Source of the DNA: Fimbriimonadales bacterium
Lineage (GTDB): Bacteria > Armatimonadota > Fimbriimonadia > Fimbriimonadales > ATM1
Reading direction: 5' to 3'
DNA length: 64,000 bases
Assembly (NCBI GenBank): GCA_046330175.1
Contig: JAXLTG010000001.1
Location: 723,599-787,598 of the forward strand
In this document: piece by piece, positions 26,879 to 35,603 of the stretch
Layout of the letters: the number at the start of each line of letters is the position of its first letter
Numbering within the stretch: the stretch's first letter is position 1
Position numbers and translations under genes: made by a program
Notes under the pieces: generated by a model
The model's input: only the letters and a program-made list of their open reading frames with translations
What the model was told of the DNA's origin: nothing
Database searches by the model: none

Positions 26879-27729
26879 GGCGGGACTGGCTATTCACGCT
26901 GGGCTATCTGTTTTTGGGTCTGCTGGTTATCGTCGCGATATTTGGACCTATGCGATATGACGTGACGAAAGCCGTTGGCGCAAAATTCATGCCTCCAAGC
27001 GGCGAGCATTGGTTCGGCACCGATCACCTAGGTCGCGATGTTTTCTGTAGGCTTGCGTATGGCGCGCGCATGAGCCTACTTATAGGTGTGTGCGTTCAAG
27101 TGGTCGCCGTGTTCTTTGGATTGTTGATTGGAACAGGTGCCGGATATGGACCGAAATGGGTTGGGAACGGATTGATGAGGTTCACCGACTCGATGTTTGC
27201 GTTTCCGGATATTTTGTTGGCGATATTGATGATGGGAGTTTTGCGCTCGGCTCAGGTGACCTGGTTTGACTCTTTGCCAAAGGTCGTAGCGGCTGCTCTG
27301 CCCGTATTCGCAGCGCTTGCGGTTGTCGGCTGGCCCAGCGTGGCTCGGCTCGTGCGAAATCAGGTTTTGAGTCTGAAGGAGCAGGAGTTCATCGTCGCGA
27401 GCAAAGCGCTGGGAGCCTCGCATGGTCACGTTGTGTTCAAGCACATATTGCCCCACTTGTGGGGAGTGATTATGGCGGTCGCGATGGTGAACATGGCGAT
27501 GGTCATTCTCGCGGAGGGCTCACTCAGCTTTCTCGGCATTGGCATCCCGCCGCCTTGGCCCAGTTGGGGCTCGATGATTAACGACGCGCGGCCTCATATG
27601 TCCTCGCAACCGATGCTATTGGCTTATCCCTGCATCGCGCTGAGTTTGGCTGTGCTTGCTCTGAACTTCGTGGGGGATGGCCTCAGGGACCGATTTGACC
27701 CGAAACTGAGTACAAGAAAGGCGACTTAA
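26875..27729 (+). CDS. ABC transporter permease (DppC/OppC-like).
   Basis: Overlaps the previous stop (ATGA). TM topology and conserved loop ...VASKALGASHGHVVFKHILPHL. Confidence 0.85.
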   Translation: MRRDWLFTLGYLFLGLLVIVAIFGPMRYDVTKAVGAKFMPPSGEHWFGTDHLGRDVFCRLAYGARMSLLIGVCVQVVAVFFGLLIGTGAGYGPKWVGNGLMRFTDSMFAFPDILLAILMMGVLRSAQVTWFDSLPKVVAAALPVFAALAVVGWPSVARLVRNQVLSLKEQEFIVASKALGASHGHVVFKHILPHLWGVIMAVAMVNMAMVILAEGSLSFLGIGIPPPWPSWGSMINDARPHMSSQPMLLAYPCIALSLAVLALNFVGDGLRDRFDPKLSTRKAT

Positions 27730-27811
27730 GGCCCAGCGGAAACTTGATCCTCGCCGCTGACGTAAGATAATTCCAGACGGCCGCGATGAAGCGGTACTGG
27801 AGGCAACAAGG

Positions 27812-28948
27812 ATGGTAACAACACTTCTGGGAATGGCGGCAGCAGCCCTCTTCCCTCAGGGCTCGGCAGCAGAGGCTCCCGTGCAAGCACCGACCAAGGC
27901 CAAAGACGCAGTGTTCGAGGTTCGAACGCAGTCTGGGGTTCCTATTGTAGATTTCGTAGGTCAGGCACCTCTGTCGAAGGACCCGGCGTTGCAAAAACCG
28001 GTTTCCATTACATTTACGAATGGCAACCTCGGCGATGTCCTGCGAACGCTTTCAAAAAACGGGCTGAGCTTCATTGTCGAAGAGACGGATCGGGCAAAGT
28101 CTGCACGATTCACGTTGAGCATCACCAACAAACCTCTCTCGCACGTTCTCGAAGCCATTGCTGACGTGTATGGCGGCAGTTGGAGCAACAAGAACGGCAT
28201 TTACACCTTGAAGCAGGGCGGCATGGTGTTTGGGGGCGCGACTGCGATTGCCCCGAGCGGTGGGATGTTCGCAAACCCGAAAGAGTTGAAGGAATGGCAA
28301 GGTCAGATTCCTCCTGAAGCGATGAAGGAGATAGAAGAGGCCATGAAGATGCTCGGCAAGGGTGAGATGAAGGAGCTTCCGGATCTAGAACACTACAATC
28401 CGTTTATGAGGGAGCCCGGCGCAAAAAATGAAAACCCATTCGATGCCAATGAAATGAAGAAGGCGATTGAGGAGATGATCAAGAGCCACAAAGATTGGAA
28501 ACAGATGGAGTCGGGCAAGCTGTCCCAGAAGGAGCTTGAGGAGCTGCACAAAGAGCTCGGTCAGCTTCATAAAGAGCTCGCGCTGCCTGAAGGCGCCATG
28601 AAGTTCCTGATGGTTCCTGAACTCGAAGGCAAAGAGCGAGAGGAGATGAAGCAGAAAATCCAGGAGTTGATGAAGAAGGGCGGCGACGGCAAGTTCGAAC
28701 TTCGCCTTGAGCCTGGCAAACCGATGCCGGAAGGCGAATGGTCGGTGTTTGTTGGCGGCGGAGGCAACTTCCCGAAGCTGCTTGACAGCCTGACGCCTGC
28801 ACAGCTCGAGCTGAGCAAGAAGCAAGGCTACTTGACTCCCAAAGACCTGACCGACGCGCAGAAGAAACTGCTCGGAAAGCAACCGGAAGGCGATTGGATG
28901 ATCAGCGTTTCGATGAACGGTAAGTCGCTGACGATTAAGTCCAAATAG
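27812..28948 (+). CDS. Secreted protein with an N-terminal secretin/TonB N-terminal-like (STN-like) domain and a K/E-rich coiled-coil region.
   Basis: Signal peptide MVTTLLGMAAAALFPQGSAAEA. VSITFTNGNLGDVLRTLSKNGLSFIVEE and FTLSITNKPLSHVLEAIADVYGGSW resemble STN / secretin N0 folds. Heptad-like KELEELHKELGQLHKELALPEG. Confidence 0.45.
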   Translation: MVTTLLGMAAAALFPQGSAAEAPVQAPTKAKDAVFEVRTQSGVPIVDFVGQAPLSKDPALQKPVSITFTNGNLGDVLRTLSKNGLSFIVEETDRAKSARFTLSITNKPLSHVLEAIADVYGGSWSNKNGIYTLKQGGMVFGGATAIAPSGGMFANPKELKEWQGQIPPEAMKEIEEAMKMLGKGEMKELPDLEHYNPFMREPGAKNENPFDANEMKKAIEEMIKSHKDWKQMESGKLSQKELEELHKELGQLHKELALPEGAMKFLMVPELEGKEREEMKQKIQELMKKGGDGKFELRLEPGKPMPEGEWSVFVGGGGNFPKLLDSLTPAQLELSKKQGYLTPKDLTDAQKKLLGKQPEGDWMISVSMNGKSLTIKSK

Positions 28949-28970
28949 CGTCTACTTCGGCTGAAGGTCA

Positions 28971-29012
28971 CCAGCGTCCAAGCCGCATGGCTTGGACGCT
29001 GGTTTCGTTTTG
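28971..29012 (+). terminator. Strong intrinsic terminator. A 14-bp perfect stem CCAGCGTCCAAGCC-GCAT-GGCTTGGACGCTGG is followed by TTTCGTTTTG.
   Basis: Read directly from the sequence. Lies 23 nt after the stop at 28948. Confidence 0.8.
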
Positions 29013-29027
29013 CAGTAAACTTTTTGC

Positions 29028-29756
29028 GTGGCTGTATTTCCGCCGCCAATTTTTCCAGAACCGATAACGCTGAAAGGGTGCGCCGCAGAAGCGCCTTATA
29101 ACCAGCGCATCGGATTTATTCGCCGCGTCGCTGCAAATAGCTCGCTAAGCGCGTTGGTGTTCGCTGGGATGACGTTCGCGTGGAGCCGGCCGCCTATGAT
29201 TAGCGCGCTGATGGATCTGCACTGGAGCAGTGTTTACTTCGCCGCCTTCGTCTCGCTGTTGGTATTGATCGCCGCTCGGCGAGTGAGTACTCCGCTGCAG
29301 GTCGTATTCGCGACTCTGTTTTTTGTTTGTTGGTCTGCGTTCTTCGCTGTTGTGGGGCTCAGCCTGCGTGATGCGTTCTCTGGTTTCGTATATGGCGGAG
29401 CGACGCTTTATGTGGGGCTCGCGCTCGGTTTTGGCGCTTACGCGCTGCTTTGCGGTCGAGACTACACGCACGTTGGCTCGTTTGTTCTCACCAGCCTATT
29501 CATTGTTGCAGTCTGGGGAGTCTGCTGGGCGCTGTTCCACCCCTCTGCCGTAGAGGCGGTTTCGTTGCTGGTAGGGACAATTTGTGCGAATTTATACTGG
29601 CACTATGACTTGGCAATGATATTGCGTAGGAGACGCTTGAGCGAGCCGTTTAGCGCCATCGTGGACCTTTACCGTGATATGCTGAACTTTATTAGCTATC
29701 CTGTCAGGGTGTACATGTATCAGCGTGAGCGGCCAAAGGTGCAGTTAAGATGGTAG
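29028..29756 (+). CDS. Bax inhibitor-1 / YccA (TMBIM) family membrane protein.
   Basis: N-terminal NQRIGFIRRVAANSSLSALVFAGMT matches the BI-1 family pattern. Seven hydrophobic segments. GTG start assumed. Confidence 0.55.
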   Translation: MAVFPPPIFPEPITLKGCAAEAPYNQRIGFIRRVAANSSLSALVFAGMTFAWSRPPMISALMDLHWSSVYFAAFVSLLVLIAARRVSTPLQVVFATLFFVCWSAFFAVVGLSLRDAFSGFVYGGATLYVGLALGFGAYALLCGRDYTHVGSFVLTSLFIVAVWGVCWALFHPSAVEAVSLLVGTICANLYWHYDLAMILRRRRLSEPFSAIVDLYRDMLNFISYPVRVYMYQRERPKVQLRW

Positions 29757-30799
29757 TCGTTATGAAAGCCGACGCCACGGATGCCGACATCCGGGGCGTG
29801 TGCCAACTTATCGAGTCACACAAACTCGAGCCTCTTTTGATGCCTGGCAACGTGATGGCCATTGGCATTCCTTCAGAGGTGCCGACCGACCTGCGCGAAC
29901 CGCTGCAGCAGCAGCTTCAGATTTTGCCGGGAGTGAGCAAAGTCACTCAAGTCAGTCGTCCGTTCAAGCTTGCTTCGCGGGAATTTAACCCGCACTCGAC
30001 GATTGTCGAGGCGGCAGGCGTAAAGATTGGTGGTGTCTCGCTCTCTGTGATGGCGGGGCCATGCAGCATCGAGAGTTACGAACAGCTTCGATCGGCGGCA
30101 CAGATCGTAAAGGCGGCCGGTGCGACGGTGCTTAGGGGCGGCGCGTTCAAGCCGCGAACGTCACCCTATTCATTTCAGGGGTTGGCGCTCGAAGGGTTGC
30201 AAATCATGCAGTCGGTGGGTCGAGAGTTCGGCATCGCAACCGTTTCTGAAGTGATGTCGCCGGACATGGTGGAGACGGTCGCTGCGCATGTTGATATTTT
30301 GCAAATCGGCGCGCGGAGCATGCAGAACTTTCCACTACTAATCGAAGCGGGAAAGAGCAAGAAGCCGACGCTTCTTAAGCGCGGTATGTGGGCGCCCATT
30401 GACGACTTTCTTCTTGCAGCGGAGTATGTGCTCGCACACGGCAATCCCAATGTCATTCTTTGCGAACGCGGCATTACGCCGCTTGATAAATCGTACACAC
30501 GAAACACACTTGATCTTGCCGCAGTTCCGGTGCTCAAAGAGTATTCGCATTTACCGGTGATCGTTGATCCGAGCCACGGCACGGGCGTCGCGAAGTATGT
30601 TCCCACAATGTCTTATGCGGCGATTGCAGCAGGCGCGGATGGGCTCATGATCGAGGTTCATCCGAATCCGAGGGAAGCACTTTCGGACGCGGCGCAGGCG
30701 TTGAGTCCGGCGGTTTTTGCTGAGATGATGTCCAAGCTGCGAGAGTACGCGGCGGTGCAGGGAAGAACCTTGTGCGACGTTGGCACGATCACCCTGTAG
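29750..30799 (+). CDS. aroF: 3-deoxy-7-phosphoheptulonate (DAHP) synthase, type I-beta, with an N-terminal ferredoxin-like regulatory domain (Thermotoga-type).
   Basis: AGPCSIESYEQLRSAAQIVKAAGATVLRGGAFKPRTSPYSFQGL, ILQIGARSMQNF, and LLKRGMWAPIDDFLLAAEYVLAHGN are colinear with T. maritima DAHPS. Overlaps the upstream gene by 7 nt. Confidence 0.85.
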   Translation: MVVVMKADATDADIRGVCQLIESHKLEPLLMPGNVMAIGIPSEVPTDLREPLQQQLQILPGVSKVTQVSRPFKLASREFNPHSTIVEAAGVKIGGVSLSVMAGPCSIESYEQLRSAAQIVKAAGATVLRGGAFKPRTSPYSFQGLALEGLQIMQSVGREFGIATVSEVMSPDMVETVAAHVDILQIGARSMQNFPLLIEAGKSKKPTLLKRGMWAPIDDFLLAAEYVLAHGNPNVILCERGITPLDKSYTRNTLDLAAVPVLKEYSHLPVIVDPSHGTGVAKYVPTMSYAAIAAGADGLMIEVHPNPREALSDAAQALSPAVFAEMMSKLREYAAVQGRTLCDVGTITL

Positions 30800-30852
30800 G
30801 CCTGAACTAAGTGGGGCTCTCGACCGACTGAAAGGTATACTTTTCGCGCCGT

Positions 30853-30926
30853 TGCCCTCTAGTTTAATGGCAGAACGACTGACTCTGGATCAGTTGGTTG
30901 GGGTTCGAATCCCTGGAGGGCAGCCA
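30853..30926 (+). tRNA. tRNA-Gln (anticodon CUG), 74 nt including the 3' CCA.
   Basis: Acceptor UGCCCUC/GAGGGCA, anticodon stem ACUGA/UCAGU with loop CUCUGGA, T-loop UUCGAAU, discriminator G, CCA at 30924-30926. Confidence 0.75.
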
Positions 30927-31046
30927 ACCCCACCCGCAACCTGTCCAGCCCATTCCGCGTACCATTGTTTTTGGCAGAGCCTAAACACCCCGGTGCTTAT
31001 GGGGGAGCGCCGAATCGTCGTCGCGTCAGCCGTTTAGGCCGAAAAA

Positions 31047-32954
31047 ATGAACTACAACTTAATCTCTCAAACTGAGAGCTTCTCGAACTACTGGTGGGTA
31101 CTCATACCGGTCGTCTGCATCATTCTGTTCAAGCCGATTCTGCGGCTTTTGTTCGGAATGGTGATTGTTCCCGAAAACCGAATTGGGCTTGTCACAAAGA
31201 AATTTGTGTTGCTTGGTTCGAACCGTCAGCTTCCCGATGGTCGCATTTTGGCAACTCGCGGTGAAGCGGGTATTCAAGCTCATGCGCTTGCTCCAGGTCT
31301 TTACTGGTTTATGTGGCCATGGCAGTACGCGGTCACAATGCAGCCGTTCACGGTTATTCCTGAAGGGCGCATCGGTATCGTGCTTTCTAACGATGGCGCG
31401 CCGCTTCCAACTGGAAACATACTCGGGCGCTCGGTTCCTTGTGACAACTTTCAGAACGCCGCACAGTTCCTGACAAACGGCGGGCAAAAGGGTCGCCAAA
31501 CGCGGATCCTAACGCCCGGTACATACCGTATCAACACTCTGGCGTTCACGGTTACATTGTACGACCTGACTATTATCCATGAGAACATGGTCGGAATCGT
31601 GACCGCGCTCGATGGCCAGCCTATTCGCGCGAACCAAATCGCAGGCGATGTTATTGAAGGTCACAATAACTTCCAAGACGTTGATACATTTCTGCAAAAC
31701 GGCGGAAACCGCGGACTTCAGCCGTCGGTGATGCTCGCGGGCAGTTATTACATCAACCCATGGGCTATTCAAATTGAGGAAGTTCCGATGACTGAAGTTC
31801 CGATTGGCCACGTTGGTGTCGTTGTGTCTTTCATCGGCCAGGATGGCGAGGATTTGACTGGCGATCAGTTCAAGCACGGCAACATCGTGCGTCGAGGATT
31901 TCGAGGCGTGTGGAACGACCCCCTCGGCCCCGGAAAGTATCCGATTAACATCTACACGATGAAAGTCGAACTCGTGCCAACGACTAACTTGGTGCTGAAC
32001 TGGGCAAACGCACGTTCGGAGTCGCATAATCTTGACAAACATCTCAGCACGATCACTGTTCGCAGCAAGGACGGATTCCCGTTCAACCTCGACGTGTCGC
32101 AGATCATTCACGTTCCGGCTACGGAGGCGCCGAAAGTCATCGCGCGATTCGGAAGCATGAACAACTTGGTTTCGCAGGTGTTGGAGCCGACAATCGGAAA
32201 CTATTTTCGAAACAGCGCACAAGACAGCGACGTGATCAGCTTCCTAAGCACACGCAAAGAGCGTCAGGCATCGGCTAAGGACCACATCCGCGAAGTGCTG
32301 GATGAGTACAACGTGAACGCGGTGGATACGCTCATCGGCGACATCAACCCGCCGGAACCGCTGATGAAAACGCTTACGGATCGAAAGTTGGCGCAGGAAG
32401 AGGAGAAGACATACGAAACTCAGCGAATGGCGCAAGAGAAGCGACAAGGAACTGAGCGCGAAACGGCGATTGCCGATATGCAGCGCGAAATCGTTAAGGC
32501 CCAGCAGAGCGTCGAAATCTCGCAACGCACCGCTGATGCGACGGTCAAAAAGGCTGAGGGTGATGCCGCGAGCCTCAAGCTTCAGGCAAACGCTGAAGCG
32601 GAGGCCACGAAAATGCGCGGTGCCGCTCAAGCCGAGTTCACGAAGATGAACGCCGAGGCGGAGGCTTCGCGCATATCGCAGACAGGCCTCGCTGAAGCCG
32701 AGAAGATTATGGCGATTGGTAAATCAACCGCCGAAGCTTACGAGCTCCAAGTGAAAGCGATGGGTGGAGACAACTTCACTCGATTCAAGATCACAGAAGA
32801 GATCTCGAAGGGCAAAATCAAGATCATTCCGGACCTTATCGTGGCCGGTGGTGATGGCGAGGGCGGCAACGGAACGCTTAGCGGACTGCTTGGATTTCAA
32901 CTGATGCAGATGATGCAAGAGAGAAATCACAAGCAAGATGCGCCAGTCCAATAG
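31047..32954 (+). CDS. Flotillin / SPFH (band 7) family protein, YqiK/FloA-like, 635 aa.
   Basis: N-terminal TM helix, SPFH domain, and C-terminal Ala/Glu-rich flotillin repeats (AEAEATKMRGAAQAEFTKMNAEAEASRISQTGLAEAEKIMAIGKSTAEA). Confidence 0.85.
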   Translation: MNYNLISQTESFSNYWWVLIPVVCIILFKPILRLLFGMVIVPENRIGLVTKKFVLLGSNRQLPDGRILATRGEAGIQAHALAPGLYWFMWPWQYAVTMQPFTVIPEGRIGIVLSNDGAPLPTGNILGRSVPCDNFQNAAQFLTNGGQKGRQTRILTPGTYRINTLAFTVTLYDLTIIHENMVGIVTALDGQPIRANQIAGDVIEGHNNFQDVDTFLQNGGNRGLQPSVMLAGSYYINPWAIQIEEVPMTEVPIGHVGVVVSFIGQDGEDLTGDQFKHGNIVRRGFRGVWNDPLGPGKYPINIYTMKVELVPTTNLVLNWANARSESHNLDKHLSTITVRSKDGFPFNLDVSQIIHVPATEAPKVIARFGSMNNLVSQVLEPTIGNYFRNSAQDSDVISFLSTRKERQASAKDHIREVLDEYNVNAVDTLIGDINPPEPLMKTLTDRKLAQEEEKTYETQRMAQEKRQGTERETAIADMQREIVKAQQSVEISQRTADATVKKAEGDAASLKLQANAEAEATKMRGAAQAEFTKMNAEAEASRISQTGLAEAEKIMAIGKSTAEAYELQVKAMGGDNFTRFKITEEISKGKIKIIPDLIVAGGDGEGGNGTLSGLLGFQLMQMMQERNHKQDAPVQ

Positions 32955-32965
32955 GACTTTCGGAA

Positions 32966-33002
32966 AGAGCCCACCTGTGAAAAGGTGGGCTCTTATTTTT
33001 TA
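32966..33002 (+). terminator. Intrinsic terminator. Hairpin GAGCCCACC-TGTGAAAA-GGTGGGCTC is followed by TTATTTTTT. It overlaps the stop of the convergent gene and is probably bidirectional.
   Basis: Read directly from the sequence. Lies 12 nt after the flotillin stop. Confidence 0.75.
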
Positions 33003-33572
33003 TTTGAGCGCGCGTTCGATTCGCTGGTCTGGGACGATCCACATGATGGCCACCAGAACGTAGATCGCGCAGGAAATTAGCGGTATGAACAAACTCACAC
33101 CAAGCGCTGCACCGTACATGAGTATGGATATCTTTCCTTTTTGGTCTTTGCCGACTGCTTGTGCGAGTGCGGATTCTTCGCCGTGAAGCCCGATGAGGGT
33201 TCGGCTCAACAGGAAGTACGCGATCGCCGCAAGCAGAAGAATCAGCCCATACACAAATACGGGCCACTTTGCGAAGTCCGTAGCTCCTGCCCAGGCAGTT
33301 GCGAATGGGATAAGCGATAGCCAAAACAGAAGATGCATATTTGCCCAAAGCACTTTTCCGTTGACGTGTTGAACCGTCTGGAGTAGGTGGTGATGGTTGT
33401 TCCAGTAGATTCCTAAGAACGCGAAGCTCACGGCGTAACTCGCGAGCTCCTGACGCAGCTCCCAGATTCCACCGATCTCTGCGGTGGCTGGATGGCGTAG
33501 TTCAAGCACCATGATTGTGATGACAATCGCGAGGACGCCGTCGCTAAACGCTTCGAGGCGCGATTTTCTCAC
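33000..33572 (-). CDS. TMEM175-family (DUF1211) putative potassium channel.
   Basis: N-terminal signature RLEAFSDGVLAIVITIMVLEL, the hallmark of TMEM175 / DUF1211. Six TM helices. Confidence 0.75.
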   Translation of the reverse strand: MRKSRLEAFSDGVLAIVITIMVLELRHPATAEIGGIWELRQELASYAVSFAFLGIYWNNHHHLLQTVQHVNGKVLWANMHLLFWLSLIPFATAWAGATDFAKWPVFVYGLILLLAAIAYFLLSRTLIGLHGEESALAQAVGKDQKGKISILMYGAALGVSLFIPLISCAIYVLVAIMWIVPDQRIERALK

Positions 33573-34642
33573 GGTCGCCTGCTCATTTGTCGCGACACAT
33601 CTTCAGCTTGCCGGAGCACTCGAATGACATTCAGCCCGAGAATCTTTCTTATGTCGCTATCGGCGTAGCCGCGTCGAAGCAGTTCGACGGTTAGATTCGG
33701 GAACTGCGAAACATCCTTAAGGCCTGGAAAACCGCCGCCACCGTCGAAATCTGATCCGAGTCCGATGTGATCAATGCCAGCTATTCGCCGAATGTGGTCA
33801 ATGTGATCGGCGAGCTTTGAGACCGTAGGTTTTCCTGAAGAGGTTACGTACTTGTCTAGAAAAACGACCATCACCACACCGCCGTTTCGCGCGACCATTC
33901 GGAGCACATCATCGGGAACGTTGCGGACATTTTCGCAGACGGCTCTTGCGCAGGAGTGAGAGAAGATTACCGGCGCCTTGGTTATGCGCAGGGCGTCGCG
34001 CATTGTGTCGGCGGAGACATGGGATAGGTCCACGAGCATGCCGAGGCGATTCATCTCAAGCACGATTTTTTCGCCGAGCGCAGAGAGCCCTCCGTTTGCT
34101 GCGCGATCGTTGGCCGAATCAGCCCAGGGCGTATTCTTCGAGTGCGTTAGAGTCATGTACCTCGCGCCGAGCTTGTACATTTCGCGAAGAGTGCTGATCG
34201 AGGAGTTTATTGAGTGTCCCCCCTCCATGCCGATGAGTGAAGATATCTTGCCGCTTCGGAAGTTTTTCGCGATGTCGTCTGCGGTGTACGCGAGCGCAAA
34301 AGTGCTGGGGTATGCGGCAACCATCCGTTTGACAGTTGCAATCTGCTCACGAACAACCCGGGGCGCTTCGGTTGCCGAAAGAGAAGTTGGAACCCAGACT
34401 GACCAGAACTGGCCTCCGAGGTGACCGGCGCGCAGTCGAGGGATGTCTGTGCACCCATCCGGCTTGCCTCTGTTCAAGTTTACGTTTGCAACACCGCCGG
34501 CTTTTCGAATATCCCAGGGCAGATCGTTGTGCCCGTCAATAACTGGAACCGAATCATGCAGCACGAGCGCATGGGCGTAGTCGTCCACTCCGACCGCAGA
34601 AGAGCGTAATCCGATACACGCGGCGATCAGAAGAGGAAGCAT
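33569..34642 (-). CDS. Membrane dipeptidase (peptidase M19, renal dipeptidase family).
   Basis: VIDGHNDLPW motif and a family-wide match. N-terminal signal peptide. Its stop overlaps the start of the downstream TMEM175 gene (ATGA). Confidence 0.85.
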   Translation of the reverse strand: MLPLLIAACIGLRSSAVGVDDYAHALVLHDSVPVIDGHNDLPWDIRKAGGVANVNLNRGKPDGCTDIPRLRAGHLGGQFWSVWVPTSLSATEAPRVVREQIATVKRMVAAYPSTFALAYTADDIAKNFRSGKISSLIGMEGGHSINSSISTLREMYKLGARYMTLTHSKNTPWADSANDRAANGGLSALGEKIVLEMNRLGMLVDLSHVSADTMRDALRITKAPVIFSHSCARAVCENVRNVPDDVLRMVARNGGVVMVVFLDKYVTSSGKPTVSKLADHIDHIRRIAGIDHIGLGSDFDGGGGFPGLKDVSQFPNLTVELLRRGYADSDIRKILGLNVIRVLRQAEDVSRQMSRRP

Positions 34643-34663
34643 ACAACTGGAACTGAGCGGCCG

Positions 34664-35545
34664 TTAACTCCCGTCGTGCGGCTGCTGGTCGAACGCTGCG
34701 TTGTTCGTCAGGTTCGTGATTTTTGAACCGTCGAAGAAAGCTGAGTAGATTTCGAAATTTCCATCGCGAGTTGACGACCACAGAATCTTTCGGTCGTCGG
34801 GCGAGTAAACAGGCGAAAAGTCTGCCTGCTCGTGGTTGGTCACGCGGAACAGGTTTGCACCATCCGAGTCAATCGTATAAATTTCGAAGTTTCCGCTTCG
34901 GTCACTTGAAAACACGATCTTGTCGCTTTTCGAGTTCCATGAGGGATAGAGATCGGACGCAGAGTTCGATGTGACCTGTGCGACGGTTCCGCCGCTTGTA
35001 TCCATGGTATAGATTTCGTAGTTTCCGCTGCGGTCCGACGCAAACGCAATTCTGAGTCCGTTGTGCGACCAAGCGGGCATCTCATCATTGCCTGCATCAA
35101 AGGTGAGCTGAGTTGGAGCTCCTCCCGCTGCCGGAATCTTGTAAATCTCCATGTCGCCGTCAACGTCTGACTGAAAAGCGATCTGAGTTCCATCCGGCGA
35201 CCAAGAAGGCGAGCGCTCATCGGCAGCGTTGGCTGTCAACTGCACGACGCCGCTTCCGTCCGCATTCATCACAAATAGGTCGAGGTCTCCGCCATCCCTG
35301 GTCGAAATAAACGCCACCTTCGATTTGTCGGGCGAAAGCGCGGGATCGCTGTCAGAATTTGGGTTGTTCGACAAATTTGTCACGCCGCCACCGTTTGCGT
35401 TCATAACAAAAACGTCAAAATTCCCAGACCTGTCGCTCGAAAACACGACCTTTGCCGGTGCAGGATTCCCCGCCGGGTCGCAGCCAGCCATAAGCCCGAC
35501 AAGCGGCAAGGCGGCAAGAATGGCGATGATGGAACGGGATTTCAT
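34664..35545 (-). CDS. TolB-like lipoprotein with WD40-like beta-propeller (PD40) repeats.
   Basis: Lipobox LMAGCDP. At least six repeats of the ...SPDG..IAF.SDRSGN.EIY... pattern. Confidence 0.75.
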   Translation of the reverse strand: MKSRSIIAILAALPLVGLMAGCDPAGNPAPAKVVFSSDRSGNFDVFVMNANGGGVTNLSNNPNSDSDPALSPDKSKVAFISTRDGGDLDLFVMNADGSGVVQLTANAADERSPSWSPDGTQIAFQSDVDGDMEIYKIPAAGGAPTQLTFDAGNDEMPAWSHNGLRIAFASDRSGNYEIYTMDTSGGTVAQVTSNSASDLYPSWNSKSDKIVFSSDRSGNFEIYTIDSDGANLFRVTNHEQADFSPVYSPDDRKILWSSTRDGNFEIYSAFFDGSKITNLTNNAAFDQQPHDGS

Positions 35546-35603
35546 TTTGTTTGGCTCTCCTTAGCTCAGTAAGTCCTGTTAGTATTCCCCAGAATACGAG
35601 GAA

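Noticed and set aside
30780-31037. An 85-aa ORF overlapping tRNA-Gln
   Set aside because: Fully overlaps a well-folded tRNA. No RBS.
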